A stretch of DNA of 47,785 nucleotides, filler included, from Catajapyx aquilonaris (lineage: Eukaryota): NCBI GenBank assembly GCA_000934665.2. It is 2 parts of 2 records of this genome, joined end to end, with 100 filler letters (N's around TTAATTAATTAA, not from the genome) between each part and the next. Parts side by side here need not be neighbours in the genome. Positions count along the whole stretch, not along the records: positions 22,431 to 47,785 come from JYFJ02005912.1; 1 more part is not named here. The stretch is one strand, 5' to 3'. How positions within the stretch are numbered: the first letter of the stretch is position 1; every line of letters starts with the position of its first letter. The translations under genes and the position numbers were made by a program. This document shows, in pieces, positions 40,489 to 47,785 of this stretch. The notes under the pieces are model-generated. The model had not been told where the DNA came from and searched no databases. It was given only the letters and a program-made list of their open reading frames with translations.

Positions 40489-43400
40489 TCAATCAGCTTT
40501 TCTCTTCGGAAAATGCATCTTGGAAATTTTAGGATAAACAAAAACACCCAGTGCGAGCACTCCTACCCATGCAATGGAGGAAACAAAACCAGGCCAGACC
40601 CCAGGATGCAGTAACCCCCACCCACGACTGATTATTCCTCTGGATGACCTATAGGGCAAGGTGGTGATCATACCATCGCACAACCATCGTAACTGGGCCC
40701 AGCTAACCCCTTCCAAAGGCCATATCATACCGCACATAAAAATATTGGGATTGGTAATGGCATACATTGCCATCACTACAACCACCAAACTGTTGGTCGT
40801 TAGAGAGGTTAAATATCCCATGACCAATCCGATGCACCCTTGAAGATACAATATGCAGACCACCCACATCCAGCTGTAAGATATCTTCAGGCCCACGTAC
40901 AACCAGATAACTGCCAGGCTACTCACTATCTGAGTGAACAATAAAATCGCAAACATGGCAACGAGTCCCAAGAATTCCTGTTCACCATTTGTTCCTGCAA
41001 TGAGACAAAGAAAATAGAGTACAGTACTTTAGTTTACGGTATGCTTTTTTTCACTGTTAATTATTATGTTCCTAGTTGGATACGGGAATTCGTAACCATT
41101 TCTAAACGTTGGGGACGTTATTTAATAATTATCGATATATTTACTCCTACTAGGCTACTACTACTATAAAATATTAAAATCGTAGTGGTTACCTGATATT
41201 AAAGCACGTTGTGGAACACCGGACGCACGTGCAATTATTAATTTTGCAGACGATGCTGCCAATGATGCACCAAATATCGTGCTGCAATGAAAAAATAATT
41301 GGGTGTGACACTCACTAAATTAAGTAACGCATAATAACATTTTCACTTACATTGCTACTATTCCTGGAGCTATGTATTCGTGTACTGATATATCATTGCT
41401 TCCGTATATTGGGGTGCCAAATTTGATTGGTGAATAATTAAAAGCACTCGAGTTTCTACATGAAGATGACATTTGGTTCAATGCTACCATGCGCATTACT
41501 ATCACGGAGATTTGCACATCTGTTGAGACAAAAGGGATACACTTCAAGTGGTATCTTGCAATCCCATTCGTGGCTAGAAATGTACCGTGGAAAGTTACAG
41601 CATTTAAATATCACGTGTATTTGTTTAATTGAATGTTAATAGTGCATTTTTTCAATACTTCCATCCATCCATCCATTTTACTGCATTAATTCCATGCAAT
41701 ACAATTTTGCCATAGTTGTATTAAAAAGTCGTCATCATTTATAGTTTCTGTCAAAAATTGCTAATCATTAAAGACATAACAATATGAACATCCTGCACAC
41801 TCACTAGTCATGTCCATGTTTACTTTGACAATGGAATTGACGAGGGATCCATTGTCTGCATCTGATCCTAGCAGTAATCGTGACTGGACACTTGAAGAAT
41901 AGTTGGCTGGAAATGAAATTAGGCCCCAAGCTTCTCCTCTCCTAATTGCTTCAACTGCCTTTGCCTCATCATCATATGGGACCTGCATTGTTACAAGAAC
42001 AACAATAATGTCGAATGGTTCCTATGATATCAGTGTTCATATTGAATACAAACCAGTCGAAGCATGTGGTGATCCAGGTTGTCCATAAACTTGCAGCTTA
42101 AATTCTGATAGTTGCATCCGAGGTCAGGTTGGCATATGGGTTCAGTGGGCCACTCATGGTTGACCACTGCGAAGTTCAAATCTCTAGGGTCAGCCCCAAC
42201 ATACATGCAATACATCAGCGTTATCATCGCAGGGTGTAAGATAATGACTAGAAGGGAACTGAGGAAGACATATTACAATACCAACAGTAGGAATATCCAC
42301 CGACAATCTTATTTACTCATGAAAGCAGCATGAAAGCGTACTTGGTATGACAGAGGAACATCTGTTGGAAAAACAGCATTGCTTAACTTACGGGATATTT
42401 CTTCTCAGCCATTTCCTTTCCATGAACATCGAAGCACGAAAGCTGCTCCCTGGAGGTTTTCGATCTTCATACTTCCTTGCTTTGGGCACTGGTGTTGTGC
42501 TGGTGCCTCCGTATAACGACAACAGTTTTGTCTGGTCCCTACCAGGTGCGATGGACATTTTGTCAACCCCACTCCTGTCATCCTCCAGACATAGGCCCAG
42601 AAACACCCCCTCCAGAGTCTGAGAATGGTACATCCTCATCAGGGACGTGGGTGAATCCTCTTCCAGAAGACGACCACTCCTCATCATGCCAACCACCTGG
42701 GCATGACGGGCCTCCTCCATGTAATGGGTGGTCAGGATTATCGTGGTCTTGCTCACAGAGGCCAGCTCACGCAGGTGGAACCAGATACTGTTGAATATAA
42801 TGTTGAAAAGGACATTCTACAAAGCATAGATAGTCCATTGCATCTAATGGAGATGGGAATTTCAATTAGAAAATAATACAGTGATAATATTTTCAGTATA
42901 AAAAGTGGTAAAGAACCAGAAAATTAATATTCCAATTTTCATTGTCTCAAGGACTAATTTGTCGATGATCTGCATCATTTTTATTGGAAATGGTTGCTTA
43001 TGGTGTATTTAACAAGCGACTCTATTGGTATTGTACTTTATTTAAAATGTTAAGAGATCTAAGTACTTACGCTTGTCTAAAAATAGGATCTACGCCCACT
43101 GTTGGTTCGTCCAGAATTAGTATTTCTGGTTGGTGCAACAATGCCACACACAGAGACACACGCTTTTGTTGACCGCCACTGCATCAGGTTATGAATAGAT
43201 CAAATAAGTCTGAGACAACATATTAGAAGAAAATATTTTTTAAGAATCATTGATGGGGTAATGTCGATATAATGCTATACAGTAGGCTACTTGCAGTCTA
43301 TTTCCATCTTGAAACACATACGTAATGAACATGCAATAGGCATGTGTAATTTTCCCACGATAATTGCTTCAGTAAAGCCCCTACTATACATCTTTACCTT

Positions 43401-44302
43401 GAGTAAATAATTTCGTCACCTGAGCGTGTGGATGAGCCTGTCCTTGTGTGGCAATTGGAGGAATTTGATGAGAAGGGCCATCCTGGAGTGGATGTCTTCC
43501 TGTGACATTCCGTGGACCATCCCGAAGTAAGTGACCATCTCCCGAATGGAGCACTCCAGATAAAGCCCCTTGTCCTGGGGCATGTAGCCCAGCCTGGACC
43601 CGGGCACACCAGACTCCTTGCTCCCAGGAGGGTGGCCAAATATGCGGATTGTCCCGTGGTCCAACTCTTGCTGACCAACAATGCAGGTCAGAAGGGTCGT
43701 CTTCCCGCATCCACTGGCTCCCAGCAAGGCGTATCTGTAACAATGGAGAAAGTAACAGAAATTCATGTCTATATTAATCTCACTGAGCAAAATAGGAAGA
43801 TGTCTTGACTTACATAGTTCCCTCTTGAACAGTCATGTCTAGTTTCATTAGGACGTGATTTTTCTTACTTCCACTTTCGTAGGTCTTCCAGGCATTTCTC
43901 ACTCTCAGGGCTTCTGGGTCCTCAGAGCCTTTTGGACCTTTTTCAATCGACTGTAAAAGAAGACCATTTGCATTGGACATCGAAATCTCATTTGATGAAT
44001 AGTAGCCTATCTGCGAAACGACTCATTGTAAGTTTCGCTTACATCTTGCAAGCTGCTGCATGGACTTACTTTTGCTATTTATTATATTTCATAACTTTCT
44101 AAAGATGTGTGAAAACTTTAATTTTCAATGCCATAGATACATTTATCAAGATAATTATTAGAAGGTTAAGGAATGAGCTTCCGAGAGCTCTGTATGAATA
44201 AAACAGAGCAACAGACTAATCTTGTTATTTACTTGCAGCAGGTGGCAATTTTGTTATTGGCAAATGTATTGTTATATACAAATTGTGTGGTCTACTCACC
44301 AT
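40489..44302 (-). CDS. ABCH-family half transporter, copy D
   Basis: Full exon set; ATG-only first coding exon at 44300-44302; intact Walker A, LSGGQ, Walker B and H-loop; ends FPKRKAD*. Confidence 0.92.
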
Positions 44303-44473
44303 GGTGATGTTTCTTCCACTTGCTTCAAGGTACAAGTGTAAATTACTCGACGATTGATATTCAGAACCATTTCTTTTAGACCATATTAAGAAAGCGATGG
44401 ATTGCTGCAATTTATTTAATGTCTTTTTCAATACCATCATTATGATGAAACAGCATTATTTCCCCGCACATTA

Positions 44474-44640
44474 CCGTAGAAGAACCTGAGCTCAAAAAAA
44501 TGAGAACCAGTTCGATTACATAAAACAGTTTATTTGCAAAGCTGTGATGAGTAAAAAAAATTGGAAGCTCAACTGCAAGGAGTGCATTTGCCACTTTTTC
44601 AGGACAACAGAATGATCCTCAAAATAATAATTTAAAATGG
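44474..44640. repeat. Dispersed non-coding duplicate, copy 2
   Basis: Matches 28293-28450. Confidence 0.9.
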
Positions 44641-45036
44641 CATTTTACAAGGCGAACAAGGCATTACCACCAATGATATCTGCTTTTCAAAGTTATACCA
44701 GTCAAAGTCTGTCAGTGAGCACTTTGGGTTGTGGAAAATTGTTAATGACAGCAACTAAAGTTCCAAGGTCATTATTTATGGCTACCTGCTATTCAAGACT
44801 ATAATCCGTGAAAGAAAAACCGCCTATTGCATGCGCACAAGGTCAAATCAGTACGAATCACACACTTGTATTTTTATAGCAATTAATATGTTCGAGGGGA
44901 TAGAGTCTCCCTGCTGATAATTTGCCTCGCCACGTATATATGGTATAGACTTAGTGAGTAATACGAGTATGTTGTATGTTATACAGCTTAATATTTTCTT
45001 TCAAAATTATGCCTCTCTCCCAGTTTAAGACTATCT

Positions 45037-47785
45037 TCAATCAGCTTTTCTCTTCGGAAATTGCATCTTGGAAATTTTAGGATACACAAAAACACCCAGT
45101 GCGAACACTCCTACCCACGCAATGGCGGAAACAAAACCAGGCCAGACCCCAGGATGCAGTAACCCCCACCCACGACTGATTATTCCTCTGGATGACTTGT
45201 AGGGCAATGTGGCGATCATACCCTGGCACAACCATCGCAATTGGACCGAATTAATGCCTTCCAAAGGCCATATCATACCGCACATAAAAATGTTGGGATT
45301 GGTAACGGCGAATATTGACATCACTACAATCACCAAACTGTCTGTCATTAGGGAGGTTAAATATCCTGCGACAAATCCAGCGCACCCTTGAAGATACAAT
45401 ATGCAGACCACCCACATCCAGCTGTAAGATATCTTCAGGCCCACGTACAACCAGATAACTGCCAGGCTACTCACTATCTGAGTGAACAATGAAATCGCAG
45501 AGATGGCAACAAGTCCATAGAATTCCTGATGAGGATTTGTTCCTGCAATGAGACATGTCCAAAACAGATCATGAAACATTGCATCCTTCAATCATAAGAT
45601 TACCTGATATTAATGCACGTTGTGGAACACCGGAGGCATGTGAGATTATTAATTTTGCAGACGATGCTGCCAATGCTGCACCAAACATAGTGCTGCAAGG
45701 GAAAATGCAGTAATTGGGTATGGTAGTCAGTAAGGAAAATTATATGAATATGATAATAATATAAGGATAAAATAACAATCATTGTACTTACAGTGTTACG
45801 ATTCCTGGAGCTATATATTCCTGTACTGATACATCGTTGCTTCCGTATATTGGCGTGCCAAATTTGATTGGCGAATAATTAAAAGCACTCGAGTTTCCAC
45901 ATGAAGATGACATTTGGTTCAATGCTACCATGCGCATTACCATCAGGGAGATTTGCAGATCTGTTGATAAAAAAGGGACATACTTCAAGTGGTATCTTGC
46001 AATCGCATTCGTGGCTAGATTTGTACCATGGAAAATTACAGCATTTAAATATCACGTGTATTTGTTTAATGTACGAGCAGCAGTATACACTTTTTCAATT
46101 CATCCATCTATTTTTCCGGCAATAATCCCATGCAATAGTTTCTGCCAAAAATATGTTTCTAATCATTAAAGACATGAACATCCTGCAGACTCACTAGTCA
46201 TGTCCATGTTTACTTTGACAATGGAATTGACGAGGGATCCATTGTCTGCATCTGGTCCTAGCAGTAATCGTGACTGGACACTTGAAGAATAGTTGGCTGG
46301 AAATGAAATTAGTCCCCATGCATCTCCTCTCCTGATTGCTTCAACTGCCTTTGCCTCATCATCATATGGGACCTGCATTGTTACAAGAACGACAATAATG
46401 TCGAATGGTTCATATGATATCAGTGGTCATATTGTATACAAACCAGTCGAAGCATGTGGTGATCCAGGTTGTCCATAAACTTGCAGCTTAAATTCTGATA
46501 GTTGCATCCGAGGTCAGGTTGGCATATGGGTTGCGAGGGCCACTCATGGTTGACCACTGCGAAGTTCAAATCTCTAGGGTCAGCCCCAACATACATGCAA
46601 TACATCAGCGTTATCATTGCAGGATGTAAGATTATGACGAAAACAGAACTGAGGAAGAAATATTACAATATCAACGGGAGGAATATCCACCGACAACTTT
46701 TTCATTCTAATCTTATGACAAAGAGACACTTGCTGGAAAAACAGCAGTGCTTAACTTACGGGATATTTCTTCTCAGCCATTTCTTTTCCATGTATAGCGA
46801 AGCACGAAAACTGCTCAATGGAGGTTTGTTATCTTCATACTTCCTTGCTTTGGGCACTGGTGTTGTGCTGGTGCCTCCGTATAACGACAACAGTTTTGTC
46901 TGGTCCCTACCAGGTGCGATGGACATTTTGTCAACCCCACTCCTGTCATCCTCCAGACAGAGGCTCAGAAACACCCCCTCCAGAGTCTGAGAGTGGTACA
47001 TCCTCATGAGGGACGTGGGTGAATCCTCTTCCAGGAGACGACCACTCCTCATCATGCCAACCACCTGGGCATGACGGGCCTCCTCCATGTAATGGGTGGT
47101 CAGGATTATCGTGGTCTTGCTCACCGAAGCCAGTTCACGTAAGTGGAGCCAGATACTGAAAAATGTTGAAAAGTGCATGCTACCTAACATTGATAATAAT
47201 TAATCCTTAGTATCTATGTACACTGTACAGTAATCAAGGTGGGGCAATCAAAGAGAAGTGAAATGTCATTAGAGGAAGTTGTAAGGGAACCATAATGAGT
47301 TCAAGCACTATTTATCAATAAGGATCTGCGTTCATTTTTGATTACAATACCGTATCTACTATTGGTATGGTATTTAAATGGTAAAACATGTAGAGAAATC
47401 TAAGTACTCAGTGTACTCACGCTTGTCTGAAAATTGGATCCACGCCCACAGTTGGTTCGTCCAGAATTAGTATTTCTGGCTTGTGTAACAATGCCAGGCA
47501 CAGAGACACGCGCTTTTGTTGACCGCCACTGCATCAATAGATATGAAAAAATAAATAAGACAGGGACAACTTATTGTGAGAAAATATTGTGTTGGAGTCG
47601 TTGATTGCTTATGTCGACATAACGCTCTGCTTTTATCCCTTCAGCGCTACAAATTTTATAATGAAAGATACTGCACCTGAGCGTGTGGATGAGCCTGTCC
47701 TTGTGCGGCAATTGGAGGAATTTGATGAGAAAGGCCATCCTGGAGTGGATGTCTTCCTGTGACATTCCGTGGACCATCCCGAAGT
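45037..47785 (-). CDS. ABCH-family half transporter, copy E (5'-partial, runs off the window)
   Basis: NBD exon cut by the window end; signature/Walker B, H-loop and all membrane exons present; closest to copy D, including introns. Confidence 0.92.

Noticed and set aside
22446..47785. Single gene with mutually exclusive exon cassettes (Dscam-like)
   Set aside because: Each complete unit has its own full exon series and stop codon, so these are separate genes

Overview
Eukaryotic, intron-rich DNA, most likely from an arthropod: it carries ABCH transporters, an insect-like TAO C-terminus and an arthropod-type MpaB/Lcp-like oxygenase. The species cannot be determined from the sequence. An artificial N44-TTAATTAATTAA-N44 linker at 22331-22430 splits the window into two contigs. 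The left contig holds TAO kinase (-), a spliced C2H2-zinc-finger/Mutator-transposase-derived gene lacking its DDE core (+), NIPSNAP (-) divergent from Merlin/NF2 (+), and UBE2L3 (-, first exon not found) with a cluster of miniature inverted repeats in one intron. The right contig holds five tandem ABCH half-transporter genes (-), interrupted by a histidine acid phosphatase pseudogene, a MITE and an intronless MpaB/Lcp-like oxygenase ORF with one early stop. The most notable observations are mosaic homogenisation of NBD exons against divergent membrane-domain exons in the ABCH array, the possibly domesticated ZnF-MULE gene, the stop-interrupted oxygenase, a GC-AG intron in Merlin, a 39-bp hairpin and nested transposon remnants. 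Exon boundaries were read by eye, and family assignments come from recalled motifs, not database searches.
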